Shown here: piece by piece, positions 38,716 to 53,667 of the stretch
Layout: the number at the start of each line of letters is the position of its first letter
How positions within the stretch are numbered: the stretch's first letter is position 1
Notes under the pieces: model-generated
Told to the model about the DNA's origin: nothing
Databases searched by the model: none
What the model saw: only the letters and a program-made list of their open reading frames with translations
Source of the DNA: Eledone cirrhosa
Taxonomy: Eukaryota
Direction: 5' to 3'
Length of the DNA: 64,000 nucleotides
Assembly: GCA_964016885.1 (NCBI GenBank)
Contig: OZ024761.1
Span: 28,582,001 to 28,646,000, forward strand
Program-made: the position numbers and the translations under genes

Positions 38716-40808
38716 TATTATAATGCATAACATTGTTATGTTTTTGGTTTTGCCTTTGATATGCTTGTCATACTGATGATGATGATGATAATGAGGAAGA
38801 TGATGATGATGATGAGGAAGATGATTATTATGATGATAATGATGATGATGATGGGGTGAGGAAAATGATGATGATGATGATGATGATGGTAGTAATAATG
38901 ACTGAAGATGATGATATTAATGTAATGAAGATAATGATGAAGTTGATGATGACACTAATTTAATGAAGCTGATGACGATAATGATGGAGATAATGATGAA
39001 GACGATTATGGTAATGGTGAGGATGAGAACTATATTAAGATGTCCATCAACCATTGCTTTTCTACTTTTGGCACAAGGCCTGCAATTACCCCAGAGCATA
39101 ACTGGTACTTTATTTTACCGACCCCGTAAGGATGAAAGGCAAAGTTAACCTCGGTGGGATTAGAACTCAGACCATAAAGGGGCGCAACTCTACGCTGCAA
39201 AGCATGATTGCCAATTAATGAGAACAATCAGGACATCAGAACATAAAAGGAACTCAACAGTTTTCTATCTCCTATACTATCTATCCTCCATTTTACAATC
39301 CTGGTAATTTGAGACACTACAACAATATTCCAAAATACCAGAATCACACCCCTACTCTTTTTCTTCTCACCTCACTTGATCATCCACCCCCTCCAAAAAA
39401 TCCCATGTAAAATACTGAAACCCCTCCCCTTCTCCATAACCCCAACACCACCACCATAATAAGCTATAAACTACCAAAGTACCAAAATCACAACCCCACT
39501 TTTTTTCTCCTCGCCTCACCCCACCCCCTCCAAAAGATCCAACGTAAATGACTAAAAAACCCTCCCCTTCCTCGTAACGCCCCCCCCCCCCCTCCCGCCA
39601 CCATAATAAGCTATAACCTACCAAAATACCAAAACAATACTAGAAGAAAAAAAAAAAAAATACCAAATCCATACCACTACAACATTAGAGGACAGCGTGA
39701 CCTGATGTTATTATTGTCATGTTTTGTTGTGTAATGGGGAGGAGGGGCGGGGGTGGGGGTTGTGGGGAGGAGGGGGTGATGTGGGGGGAATGTTTGGGGA
39801 GGAGGGAATGATGGGGGGGGGATGATGGGGGTTGATGAGGGGATGATGTGGAGGAATGGTGGTGGTGATGGTGGTGGTGGTGGTGGTGGTGGTGGTGGTG
39901 ATGATGATGATGATGATGATGATAGTGGTAATGATAATGGTGGTGGTAATGATGATGATGATGATGGTGGTAAATTAAAAAAAAAACCCTTCTGTTAAAC
40001 AAAAATGAAGAAAAGCATAATCCCTTCTTTCTGAACTTTCAGTGTGTGTATGTGTATATTGATGTGTGTGTGTATATGTATGTGTATATTAATGTGTGTG
40101 TGTATGTGTGTGTTTGTGTGGTGTATGAATATTTGTGTATATAATGTGTGTTAATGTATATGTGTGTGTGTATTGTGTGCATATGTATGTATCAATGTAT
40201 GTGTTAACATGTGTGTTAAGGTTTGTGCATGTTAATGTATGTGTATATATATATATATATATATACCAATGTATGTGTTAATGTATGTATATGAATGTGT
40301 TAATGTATACATATGTATAAGTGCGTATGCATCAACGATTATATGTATATGTATGTATATGTGCATGTATGTGTTTGTGTTAATGTATGTGAGTTGCATG
40401 TATGTATATATGTGTTAATGTGTGTCTACATATCAATATATATATATATATATGTGTAAATGTATGTGTATGTATATATATATGTTAATGTATGTGTGTA
40501 TATATCTATATATATATGTATGTGTATGCATAAATGTATATGTATATATGTAATGTGTTAATATATGTGTGTATGTGTGTATGACATGTATGTATATATA
40601 TATATATATATGTGTGTGTTAATGTACATGTATATCTCTCTATATATATATGTGTGTTTATGTATCGTTGTACATGTATATATATATATATATATATGTG
40701 TGTGTTAATGTACATGTATATCTATATATATATATATATGTATGTTTATGTATCGTTGTACATGTATGTATATATATATATGTGTGTGTGTTAATGTACC
40801 TGTATATC

Positions 40809-40841
<33 letters not shown>

Positions 40842-41434
40842 TAATGTATGTGTATCTATGTACATATATATATGTGTGTGTTAATGTGTATGAGTTGTGT
40901 GTGGGTGTGTGTTGTTTTTTTTCTTCTTTTTCCTTTGTTTTCTTTGCTGTTGTTTTTTTATTGTTTTTTCCCTGTTAATTTGTTTTTCATCCCTGGAGAG
41001 AAGCAGAAATAATGACATCAGCTCACGGCTGGGGGGAGGGGGGGGGGGGACAGGGGGTATTAACTCTTGACATGATCATGATTGCTATGGTGATGATGAT
41101 GCTGATTGTGATGGTGATGATGATGCTGATTGTGATGGTGATGATGAAAATGGCAGTGCTGGTGGTGGTGCTGGAGGTGGTGCTGGTGGTGGTGGTGGTA
41201 ATCATGATGATGATTGTGATAGTGGTGGTGGTGGTGGTGGTCGGTTGTGGTGGTGGTGGTGGTAATCATGATGATGATTGTGATGGTGATGATGATAATG
41301 GTAGTGGTGGTGGTGGTGGTGGTGGGTGGTGGTGGTGGTGGTGGTGGGCTGTGGTGTTGGTGGTAATCATGATGATGATTGTGATGATGACAATGATGGT
41401 GATGGTGATGGTGTATGGTTATGGTGACAATGAG

Positions 41435-41760
41435 GATGATCGCCAGCTCCTCTGCATCCTCCAAGGTGATATCAAGCCTTCAGAGATCTTCCCTGATGAC
41501 ATCCAGCCATCTGGTGAAGGGCCTGTGCCACAGGGCCTCTTCCAGCCTGCAGACACTGCATCGAATGAGAGTAAGGCCCTGGTAGGATGATCTGGTAGAG
41601 AAAGCGGAGGACATGTCTGTACCAGCGCATTCAGCGGATAGCCATGAGGTGGGCATCTGTGGGCTGATGCCTGCACGCACGCAACACTTTGTTGGAAATG
41701 TGGTGGTCCCATCTGATGTATATAAGTTGAAGAATATGTGACCAAAGATCAATGCTTGTG
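41435..41760 (-). mobile_element. Old RTE-like LINE 3' remnant (different family)
   Basis: Frameshifted PDHPTRALLSFDAVSAGWKRP / RPFTRWLDVIREDL. Confidence 0.7.
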
Positions 41761-41879
41761 CTTGAAAGGTGGAAGATAAAGTTTGAACCATATTTGGGGT
41801 CAAATTTTGATGATTTCACCCCACCCCCTCCCACCCCTACCATCAGACTTCAAATTCCTCAAAAGTAAGGCGTTTGGAT

Positions 41880-41955
41880 TTTTACCCACTTCTCAGACAT
41901 GAAATAGTGCTGTCAGCTTATATTCATATCAGCTTATATTGGAGTTTATACGGTA
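41880..41955. mobile_element. pogo/Tigger-like MITE end
   Basis: tcagcttatattcatatcagcttatattggagtttatacggTA resembles pogo-type terminal repeats. Confidence 0.45.
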
Positions 41956-42106
41956 TAGCTAACTAGTGTCTCACCATAAGCCTGGTGCTAAATAGCCAGG
42001 TTATCATCTCTGTACAGTCTGATATAAATATAAATATACATATATATATATAAAAGATGCTTTTCCTTCTTGTACAGTGAATGGTGTATTCGTGTAATTT
42101 ATTGTC

Positions 42107-42176
<70 letters not shown>

Positions 42177-42902
42177 AAGAGAGAGAGAGGGAGGGGGAGG
42201 GAGAGAGAGAGTGTGAGAGAGAGAGAGTGAGAGTGAGAGAGAGAGAGAGAGAGAGAGAAAGAGATTTGCAATTTTGTTCTTAATATATCTTAGATGCACA
42301 ATTCTAAGTATTTTACCCAGCTTTATATATAAACAAATATTCAGGCATAGCGCATTTACACTTATATACACATAGATATATACACCCACACACAGATACA
42401 CATATGTATACACATGCATACACATACACACAAAAGTTGTGGTGTAGTTGGTAAGATATTAAATGGTCAATATATATATGTACTAAGTCTGTATGTATAC
42501 TTGCATGTGTATGTTAAATATATAGACATATACATATATATATATACATGCATATACATACATATATATATGCAAATACATACATAAATATATACATATA
42601 TATACACACGTATATATACATTTATATATATACGCATATCTATATATGTATATTTACATATACATATATAAACACACATATATATACATATACATATTAA
42701 TACACATACAGTCACATATATATATACCTATACATATCTATACATATCTATATCCATATATACACACATATATATACATATATATAAATATACATATATA
42801 TATATATATATATATGTATACATATATATACATATATATACATATATATACATATATATACATATATATACATATATATATATATATCATATATATATAT
42901 AT

Positions 42903-43476
42903 ATCATCATCATCATCATCATCATCATCCTCATTTAACGTCCACTTTCCACGCTAGCATGGGTTGGACGGGAGTTGTCCCACTCGAGACAAGGTTGGTC
43001 GGGTGACCGTGTCTCGCTCATATAGGACTATTTGGCAGGTTTTCTACAGCTGGATGCCCTTCCTAACACCAACCCCATTTACAGTGTGGAACTGGGAACT
43101 TTTTACCGTGTTACCTACACGGCCACATTACAGCGTGGACTGTGTGTTTTTCTCGTGACACCTACACGATCTCAATCTCATTATCTCATTTATTTGGACT
43201 GGATGTTGTGGTATCAACTTTACAGAGAGGGGGTGGTGTTGGTGGGAGTGGGAGGATAGGGTAGGGGTAGTGGATTGGGGTGTATATTTGGTTAAGAGGT
43301 GCCTACTGACTGTAGGTTTCGCTTTGTACATAGGCAAGGCGGGTCTTCTGTATTACTGCGTAGCGCCAAAAATCTCGGTCCAGTGACATTGTCTTAGAGA
43401 GGTGCAAGTGTGTAAGGTCGGAATTTATCAGATCGTCCCAGGTTTTTCTGGGTCTACGTACTCCGTAACTACCATC
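42903..43476 (-). mobile_element. RTE family A 3' fragment (ORF end plus UTR)
   Basis: GVRRPRKTWDDLINSDLTHLHLSKT followed by the UTR. Confidence 0.9.
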
Positions 43477-44007
43477 ATATATATATACATACATATATAC
43501 ATATATATATACATACATACATATATATATATACATATATATATATGGTTATCTGGACCACTGTGCTACCATTTACACCAACACACCACCCGTCTTTTTC
43601 CATTCAAATTAGAAGCTATAAACTTAGCGACCATAATGTCAAGTAAGAATATTTTCGAAACAGCTATCGCCGTATTTTAACTAAAGAAATTAAAGAAATT
43701 ATTTAGCCTGATAGTGGGGTTAAGAACCCTGGGAGAAATGGAAAAAGATGAGTATTGACGTACATGTACGTCAATACTCATCTTTATATATATATATATA
43801 TATATATAAATGAAAAGTATAGAATGAAATATATATAATGAAATATATATGAAATATATATAATGAAGTATAAATGAAAAGTATAGAATGAAATATATAT
43901 ATATATGTATATATATATAACGTAGGAGGTGAGTTTTATTGTAGTACAATAAAGCAATGCAGATATCGGATAAGAAGCACTCTACAGTTTGTAGGACTGG
44001 AGTATAC

Positions 44008-44335
44008 ATAATATATAAGATCAAAAGATGGTTAAATGAGTTCCATGTATTTTATTATGCGCATTTCAAAAACAAATATCATCATGCAATAACATTTGTG
44101 TTTTCATCAGATAAAATAGGAGGACATGATATGAAGGTTAAAAACACTTGTGGATAGGTTAAATCAACATATGATATGTTGATTTAAAACTGCACTATCC
44201 ACAAGTGTTTTTTAACCTTCATATCATGTCTTCCTATTTTATCTGGTGAAAACACAAATGTTATTGCATGATGATATTTGTTTTTGAAATGCGCATAATA
44301 AAATACATGGAACTCATTTAACCATCTTTTGATCT

Positions 44336-44345
<10 letters not shown>
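44008..44345. repeat. Palindrome with about 165-bp arms and a hammerhead motif in each arm
   Basis: Arms homologous to 13685-13850; left-arm core CTGATGA on the minus strand, right-arm core mutated to CTGGTGA. Confidence 0.9.
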
Positions 44346-44387
<42 letters not shown>

Positions 44388-44459
44388 GTAGGTCCCGGGT
44401 TGAGTCGGGGATAACCACAGTAAGTAAGGTACTCAATACATGGCAGAGTAACATTTTTT

Positions 44460-44577
44460 TATATTTTATAGAAGGAGCTTCTACAGGACTAGTACTGTTT
44501 CATTCAGATGAAATCTTTGAAGATTTCATCTGAATGAAACAGTACTAGTCCTGTAGAAGCTCCTTCTATAAAATATA
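44460..44577. repeat. Perfect palindrome with 58-bp arms and a 2-nt spacer
   Basis: ...gaaatctt TG aagatttc...; same family as 34111-34297. Confidence 0.9.
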
Positions 44578-44892
44578 TATATATATATATATATATATAG
44601 CGTGGATGGTTGGTTGGGTGGATGGCTGGTTGGATGCTTGATGGATGTTTAGTGTTCTGCCAGACAGACAACTACACACACTTGCAGATAGATTAATACA
44701 TAGATAAACAGGTGTGAAAAGAAATAACACACACAGATAGACAGATAGACAGACACACATACATCCATACATATATACATATATACATACATATATATGT
44801 ATGTATATATATATATACATATATATGTGTATGTATATACATATATATACATATATATGTAAGAAGATAGATGTTAAACGATGATGATGATG

Positions 44893-44939
<47 letters not shown>

Positions 44940-44987
44940 CATATGTATATGTATGTGTGTGTAGATGTATAAGTACATATGTCTCTG

Positions 44988-45022
<35 letters not shown>

Positions 45023-45489
45023 ATAAGTATGTATATGTATACATATATAAGTATATATACTGTGTTATTGTGTGTAGAAAAATAGAGGTCGAGAGAGCTA
45101 GAGAGAGAGAGCTAGAGAGAGCTAGAGAGAGAGAGATAGAGAGAGAGAGATAGAGAGAGGTAGAAAGCTAGAGAGAGATAGAGAGAGGTAGAAAGCTAGA
45201 GAGGTAGAGAGAGATAGAGAGAGATAGAAAGCTAGAGAAGTAGAGAGAGATAGAAAGCTAGAGAAGTAGAGAGAGATAGAAAGCTAGAGAGGTAGAGAGA
45301 GAGAGAGAGGTAGAAAGCAAGAGAGGTAGAGAGAGAGAGAGAGAGAGAGAGGTAGAAAGCTAGAGAGAGGTAGCTAGAATGGGTTATAAAACCAGATTCT
45401 GTGTCCAATTAATCTTAGTGTTGTGACAGTCTATCAGTTTAACAACATAGGTCGGGGGGGGGGGGGGGGCTGTTGAACATACAGCTGTG

Positions 45490-45501
45490 CCCAATAGCTC
45501 A

Positions 45502-45536
<35 letters not shown>

Positions 45537-46118
45537 ACAATGGTGATGGTGATGGTGATGTATGATGAAGATGATGATACTGATAACAATAGCTCATCTC
45601 TCTCTCTCTCTCTCTTGACAATGACGATGATGATTATAATGATGACAATTGTTCATCTCTCTCTTTCTCTCTCTCTCTTCTCTCTTGACGATGGTGATGA
45701 TGATTATAATGATGACAATAGCTCATCTCTCTCTCTCTCTCTACAATGTCGATGGTGATGGTGATTATAATGATGACAATAGCTCATCTCTCTCTCTCTC
45801 TCTCTCTCGACAATGTCGATGGTGATGGTGATTATAATGATGACAATAGCTCATCTCTCTCTCTCTCTCTCTCTCGACAATGTCGATGGTGATGGTGATT
45901 ATAATGATGACAATAGCTCATCTCTCTCTCTCTCTCTCTCTCGACAATGTCGATGGTGATGGTGATTATAATGATGACAATAGCTCATCTCTCTCTCTCT
46001 CTCTCTCTCGACAATGTCGATGGTGATGGTGATTATAATGATGACAATAGCTCATCTCTCTCTCTCTCTCTCTCTCGACAATGTCGATGGTGATGGTGAT
46101 TATAATGATGACAATAGC

Positions 46119-46154
<36 letters not shown>

Positions 46155-46380
46155 ACAATGTCGATGGTGATGATGATTATAATGATGACAATAGCTCATC
46201 TCTCTCTTTCTCTCTCTCTCTTCTCTCTTGACGCTGGTGATGGTGATTATAATGATGACAATAGCTCATCTCTCTCTCTCTCTCTTCTCTTTCTCTTGAC
46301 AATGACGATGGTGATGGTGATGGTGATTATACTGATGACAATAGTTCATCTCTCTCTCTCTCTTGACAATGGTGATGGTG
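45490..46380. repeat. Compound minisatellite: about 45-nt fixed motif plus variable (CT)n, about 12 units
   Basis: cgacaatgtcgatggtgatggtgattataatgatgacaatagctca(tc)n repeated. Confidence 0.95.
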
Positions 46381-46726
46381 ATGATGATGATAATGATGAT
46401 GATGGTGATGGTAGTGGTGGTGGTAGTGATGGTGGTTACGTTTGATGATGAAGATGATGATGATGGTGATGGTTATAATGTAAGCAATGAAAATAGGAAA
46501 TTGGTAGAATTAATTAGACAATAAATCAGGTTGGAGAATTGATAAAATAATTAATTAAGGTGATAATTGCATCGACTATTGAACAGTTTGGTAAATAACA
46601 GAAATAGTCGACATTGTGGCATAAGGGTTAACTATATAGAACCATCTATATTTATCTATCTATCTACTTATTTATATTTATTTCTATATAACTATCTGGT
46701 TATGTCTCTCTCTCTGTCTCTGTCTT

Positions 46727-46780
<54 letters not shown>

Positions 46781-46890
46781 ATATATATATATCATTATTA
46801 TCATCATTGTTTAACGTCTATATGTTTATTATAAAGTGAAATGACAGGAGGCTAAATATGTTGAATTTCTTTAATTTTGTATTACTATAA

Positions 46891-46937
46891 ACACTATGCG
46901 CATTTCAGTGGCTAGGTTGCGTAACCTCATCAGGTGT
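46891..46937 (-). ncRNA. Minimal hammerhead motif
   Basis: ACAC CTGATGA GGTTACGCAACCTAGCCACT GAAATGCGCATA GTGT. Confidence 0.65.
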
Positions 46938-47142
46938 AAATTGCGTAATAGTTGTATACCAACAGAATGATGGTAAGCTTTAAGGAAACAAGGAAAGAAA
47001 AACAAAGAGGAAAAAGTGTGCGCTATGCTTTTGACCCAGAGACAGACATAGTAGCATGCTGCCACATTGCTCACCCGCCCCTCTCTCTATATATATAGAA
47101 AGAGATGGATAGGTAGGTAGATAAATAGATAGATAGGTAGAT

Positions 47143-47790
47143 TTCTTTATTTGCTACAATGATACACAAGAAATGGGACATTACAAGAAGTGATGGTAGG
47201 GGTTTTATAAATAATTGTGTAAACAAATTTAACAATTATAAATAAACAATTGAAATCCCCAATAGTGGGGGAATGTTACTGGAGGGTTGTTTTACACCCC
47301 GTAGATAGAACAACTCTGAACACCAGGAGCACGTTTTGTAAGTGCTGCCGTCTTCCCTCTTTTGTTTTCTTCAACCTACCGCTTTATATATAGAGAAGAC
47401 CTATTCACTCGAGCCATTTCCGCTACATTCACCCACTTTTCAGTGAATTTACTGTGGTGCAGCAACTCTCTCTCTCCACCTTCACCTTCCTTTTGAAGTA
47501 GTATTTAAAGAAGGGGATGAGTTGTTGTGTCCGGAGAGGAAGGTGTTTGCCCTTAGTCCTTTCAGTCTTGTCCGCCATATCTCTTCTTTTGCCGTAGCCA
47601 CGAGACAGAGTAAAAACTGCCTCACCTTTAGTGTTAAATGAAGGCGGCAGGGTAATCCTCACGATGGACTCGGCTGACAGCTGGATTCATCCTACATGCA
47701 ACACGGCTGTAGCTGTTTGACATAATTCCACAGGTCAGTAAATCACTGGGCACTGAACAAATGCGTGCAGAATGGTTTCAATGTTCTGCT
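47143..47790 (-). mobile_element. Tx1/L1-like LINE 3' remnant
   Basis: ETILHAFVQCP (CCHC-domain-like) and FFKYYFKRKVKVER, homologous to 21170-21665; ends in aataaagaaa. Confidence 0.65.
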
Positions 47791-48310
47791 TGTGGTGGGT
47801 GTGTGTGTGTGGGGGGGGGGGGTTAATGATGACACTGGCTGGATGAGGATTATGGTGTTGGAGAGCGGGGTTCATAATGACACTGGCATCATGATCATGA
47901 TGATGATGGTGGTGGTGGTGGTGGTGGTGGTGGTGGTGGTTCCTGATCTCAATGGCACGATGATGATGATGACAGTGATAGTGTTGATGGTGGTGGTTCA
48001 TGATGATGATGATGATGATGACAGTGGTGGTGGTGGTGACTGGTTCATGGTGATGCTGATGATGACAGTGGTGGTGGTGGTGACGGTGGTGGTGGTGACA
48101 GTGATGGTGGTGGTGGATGATGATGAGGGCGAAAGAGTGGTGGTGGTGGTGGTTTATGATGACAATCGCATGATGATGATAACGATGATGATGATGATGA
48201 TGACACTAACATGATGATGACAACGATGATGACGTCAATGATGATGATGATGATGATGATGATGATAGTGATGGTGGTGGTGGTTTGTTGAGGTTCATGA
48301 TGACAATGGC

Positions 48311-48341
<31 letters not shown>

Positions 48342-48604
48342 CACTAGCAGGAAAATTACAATGATGGTGATGACAACGATGGTGATTCATGATGACACTG
48401 TTGTGATGATGACAGTGATGATGATGATGATGATGATAGTTTCTTGCTCCCGCCCCCACCCACCCACCTGTATTAATTATATCAAAATAGTTCTAAGCTC
48501 ATTAACAGCACAACTTAATAATGTTGACCAAATTCTTTTTATGTTTGTATTTAGAGGTTTTTGTGGGTGTTTTTAGTTGTTGTTTTCTTTAATTAATTAA
48601 AACA

Positions 48605-48653
<49 letters not shown>

Positions 48654-48809
48654 TTCGTGTATGGCTCTATATGGGACAGTGTGTGTGTGTGTGCATATTA
48701 GTGTGTGTGAGTGACTATGTGTGTGTTAGTGTGTGTTTGTGTGCGTGTGTTTGTGTATGGCTCTATATGTGACATTGTGTGTGAGTGTGTGTGTTAATAC
48801 ATATGTCTG

Positions 48810-48853
<44 letters not shown>

Positions 48854-49114
48854 ATGTTCGTGTGTGTCTGTGTGTGCGACTATGTGTGTGTTAGTGTGTG
48901 TGTGTGTGTGTATGTGTCTGTGTGTGCATGTTCGTGTGTGTGAGTGACTATGTGTGTGTCTGTGTGTGCATGTTTGTGTGTGTGTGTGTGTATGGTTGTA
49001 TATGTGACTGTGTGTGTTAATATATGACCGAGTACTGCGTGTTTATGTGTTTGAAAGAGGGTGCTTTCTCTCTCTCACTATATATATATACATACATATA
49101 TATATATATATATA

Positions 49115-49720
49115 TATCATCATCATCATTTAACGTCTATCTTCCACGCTAGCATGGGTTAGCCAGGAATTGTCAACTTGAGGCAAGATTGATCGGGTGA
49201 CCGTGTCTCGCTCATAAAGGACTATCTGGCAGGTTTTTTACAGCTGGATGCCCTTCCTAACACCAACCATGCTTACAGTGCGAGGATGAAAAGCAATGCT
49301 AATTTCAGTGGGATTAGAACTCAGAACGTAAAGGGCCAGTACTCTATGATATAATAATAATAGTGTTGTATATAATCATCATCACCATTTTATGTCCATT
49401 CTTCCACGCTAGCATGGGTTAGACCGGTTGTCCTGTTGTGATCAATGCCAGGTCAGGTGACCATGTGTTGCTCATACAGAATTGATTTTGGCTTGATTTC
49501 TACAGCTGGATACCCATCCTAATGCCAACCTCGTTTACAGTGAGTCCTGGATGCTTTTTTACCGTGGCGCTGACATGACCACTTTAGAGTGGGAGTGGGT
49601 GTGGGCATACTGTCTATATGCTTCAGCTTTGGCTTGTTCCCCTTCAGAAGTCCGGTCTTCTGTATTACAGTGTAACACCAGAGGTGTCGGTCTTGTGTCA
49701 TCGCCTTTGAGAGGTGCAAT
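49115..49720 (-). mobile_element. Two degenerate RTE 3' fragments with Meta-like block
   Basis: ttccacgctagcatgggttag tails at about 49142 and 49402; HLSKAMTQDRHLW remnant. Confidence 0.7.
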
Positions 49721-49892
49721 TGGTCAAAATATCAACTGTGTTCACACTTGGAGAAGTAATGGATTTTGGAAGGTTTAAAATATCCAAGACATGCCGTACG
49801 GAGCCTCTATGACTCCATCAGGAGTTACTTGTACACACACACAATATATATATATATATACACACACACAATACACATATATATATATAGAT

Positions 49893-49929
<37 letters not shown>

Positions 49930-49963
49930 AACACACACACAATATACATATATATACACACAC

Positions 49964-50013
<50 letters not shown>

Positions 50014-50449
50014 CACACACACAATATACGTCACACACAAGAGATGTCAATATGAATGGACCTGTTATTTTTATCTCAAGACATATTTTCCAATTCCACC
50101 CCACCCGTCCCTTCAATCTATCTTATTTCTCATTCTTTCTTCTGATGAAGGACTAGCGTCCGAAAGGTTAAAGCCCTCTTCCTGGTATTTCAAGCGTTAA
50201 CCTAATATATTCCTCCCAATATACTGTTCCGATTGTGTTGTTATTTCTGTTTACCTTTTACATATATATATATATGTGTGTATATATATACACACACACA
50301 CTCACAATATACATATACATATGTATATATATATCTACCCATACACACACAATATACATATATATATATAGGAAAAGAGTCAGGACCCCGACGGCTGAGC
50401 TCCGGCCATTTCAACAGCTAGATCTCAACTATATATATATATATATATA

Positions 50450-50736
50450 TATGTTGGTACCACAACATCCAGTCCTAAATAAATGAGGTTGTGTAGGTGT
50501 CACAACAAAAAAACACACAGTCCACGCTGTAATGTGGCCGTGTAGGTAACACGGCAAAAACCTCCCAGTCCACACTGTAAACGTGATTGGTGTTAGGAAG
50601 GGCATCCAGTCGTAGAAAACCTGCCAGACAGTCCTATACGAGCGACACATGGTCACCTGACCAATCTTGCCTCAAGTGGGACAATTCCCGTCTAAACCCA
50701 TGCTAGCGCGGAAGGTAGACGTTAAACGATGATGAT
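50450..50736 (+). mobile_element. RTE family A 3' UTR fragment
   Basis: Same as other copies of this family. Confidence 0.8.
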
Positions 50737-50783
50737 ATATATATATATATATATTTATATATATTTATATATATTTATATATA

Positions 50784-51128
50784 TGGAGGCACATGACTTA
50801 GTGGTTAGAGCATTGGTCTTGCAATCAAAAGGTTGTGAGTTCAATTCTCAGACCGAGTGATGTGTTGTTTCCTTGAGCAAGACACTTTATTTCACATTGC
50901 TCCAGTTTACTCAGCTGTAGAAATGAGATGATAGGGACTGAGGTCCATATCATTCCACTGTAGAGTGGATGTGTAGGTGCCACGGCTAAAAAGCACCCAG
51001 CACTCACTGTAAATGACGTTGGTGTTAGGAAGGGCATCCAGCTGTAGAAATCAAGCCAGAATCAGTTCCTGTCCCACCTTTGCAAGCAGGGAAAAAGCGG
51101 ACGTAAAAATGAAATGATGATGAAATGA
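50784..51128 (+). mobile_element. SINE family A, full length
   Basis: Same as 31658-32003. Confidence 0.9.
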
Positions 51129-52608
51129 TATATACACACAATATACATATATATATATACATATATACACACAATACTATTCTATGAGGCTCTACATTCC
51201 TGTAGCGATCAATTTTGTGATGTTTTTTTTTCCTAAAAATAAATGCAAAGCTTAATCACACTATACACACAATTGTTTCTACGTTAGGCACAAGGCCAGC
51301 AATTACCCCAGTGCATTACTGGTACTTTATTTTATCGACGCCGTAAGGATGAAAGGCAAAGTTAACCTCGGCGGGATTTGAACTCAGAATGGAAAGGGCC
51401 GTAACTCTATGCGTCAAAGCATGGCGTCCGACCCTCTACCGATACTGCCAATATACCGCCATATACACATATACATCCATATATACATCACATCTAGACA
51501 CACACACATATATACACACATATACACATCTACTGACACCCATATCTACACACACATCTACACATATCTACACATACACATCTACACACACACATATCTA
51601 TCCATATCTACAATCACATATCTACACACACATACACACACATCTACACATACACATCTACACACACACATATCTATCCATATCTACAATCACATATCTA
51701 CACACACATACACACACACACATCTACACATATATACACTCACATATCTACACACACACACACATCTACACATACACATCTACACACACACATCTACACA
51801 CACATCTACACACACAAACACATCTAGACATATCTACGCACACATCTACACATATCTACACACACACATCTACACATCTACACTCACACATCCACACACA
51901 TATCCACACACACACACACACATCTACACACACACACACACACATATCTACACACACACACACATCTACACACACATCTACACACACACATCTACACACA
52001 CACATCTACACACACATATCTACACACACACACATCTACACACAAATGTATAATATGCCTGTGTAAATATTTTGAAATGACAACAACCACAAAAGATATT
52101 ATTTAAATGAACAAAGATAAAAGCTTATCTTCCAATAACAACAACAGTAACAATAATAATAATAATAATGGTGGTGATGATGATGGTTATTATTATTATC
52201 ATTATTATTATTTTTAAATGAATAAATTTGTAAAAAAAATGTTTATTTAATTAAATCTGGTGCTGATTAAAATGTGTTAATTTTGACAATGAATTGTGTT
52301 GAGTTTGTCTCAAATATTTTTGTTGTGTATGTATATGTATGTGCATGTATATAATATATATATATGCGTGTGCGTGTATGTGTGTATTCATTTGTATGCA
52401 TATATGTATTTGCATGTGTATGTATTTGCAAGTATATGTATTTGTATGTGCATGTGTATATATGTATATGTATTTGTATGTGTATATGTATGTATTTCTA
52501 TGTGTATGTATTTCTATGTGTATGTATGACTCAAGCAGATACACATGGAATGCAAATGTAAAATAATTACATACACACACGTATGTATATATTTATATAT
52601 ACACACAC

Positions 52609-52639
<31 letters not shown>

Positions 52640-52947
52640 TATGTGGGGTTTTTTGTGTCATGTTTTATACTCTGTCAATGTGTGTCTATATGTATATATA
52701 TAACTGTTAGTGTATTTATGTATACATGTCTATGTGTGTATGTATGTTCTATTGTTGATGTTATGTGTGTATGTGCATGAATATATCTTTATGTTAATGT
52801 AACTTTCCATGTTTGTTTTAAATGTTTGTATAAGTGTGTGTGTGTGTATGTAAAACAATCTTGATTACTTCGGCTCTTCAAATATGTATGTATATGTGTG
52901 TACATATATGGGTTTCTCTATATAAATGTCTGTGTGTAGTACATGTA

Positions 52948-53011
<64 letters not shown>

Positions 53012-53602
53012 TTTGTAAATAAGACCATTATTGCTCCAATCAGTCTACTAACACTCAGCAAAAACCCTAAACCGAATGCCAACTTCTTTCCATGGCCCCT
53101 GCCAAACAAACCGTACTCAGTCTCTGAATTCGGCAAATCAAACCTAGACCACCTATTCTCCCAAACATATGTAAATCTGGTTGGTGTTAAGAAGGGCATC
53201 CAGCCATAGAAAACCTGCCAGAGACACTACCGTACAAGCGAGACACAGTCTCCAGACTAATCCCGATTCAAATGGAACAAAACCGTCTAACCCATGCTAG
53301 CAAGGAAGATGGACGTTAAATGGACGTTAAATGATGACTTTGCCTTTCATCCTTACGGGGTCGATAAAATATAGTACCAGTAATGCACTGGGTAATTTCC
53401 GGCCTTGTGCCTAAAGTAGAAACAATTATCATTTTACGTCCGCTTTTCCCTGCTTAGCCTATACTCTGCCAATGTATTGAGTAACTTTTTTAACAGCTGT
53501 TATTCCACCACCCCTGTTCACAACTTGGGAATCTATTGCATGTATATATATATTTATATATAGAAAAAAAGAAATTAAAAGATGGTTAAAAAAGGTCCAT
53601 AT

Positions 53603-53667
53603 ATTTTATGCGCATTTCGAAAACAAGATCATCCTGGGACAAAAATTGTGTTCTCATCAGATAAAAT
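53603..53667 (-). ncRNA. Minimal hammerhead motif
   Basis: TTTTAT CTGATGA GAACACAA...TTGTTTTC GAAATGCGCATA AAAT. Confidence 0.65.

Noticed and set aside
42930-43760. Segmental duplication with 63390-63965 (same RTE variant followed by the same terminal unit)
   Set aside because: The intervening sequences differ, so co-occurrence of two abundant repeats is the simpler explanation
45490-46380. CRISPR-like repeat-spacer appearance
   Set aside because: Spacers are (CT)n rather than unique sequence; eukaryotic context and no cas genes
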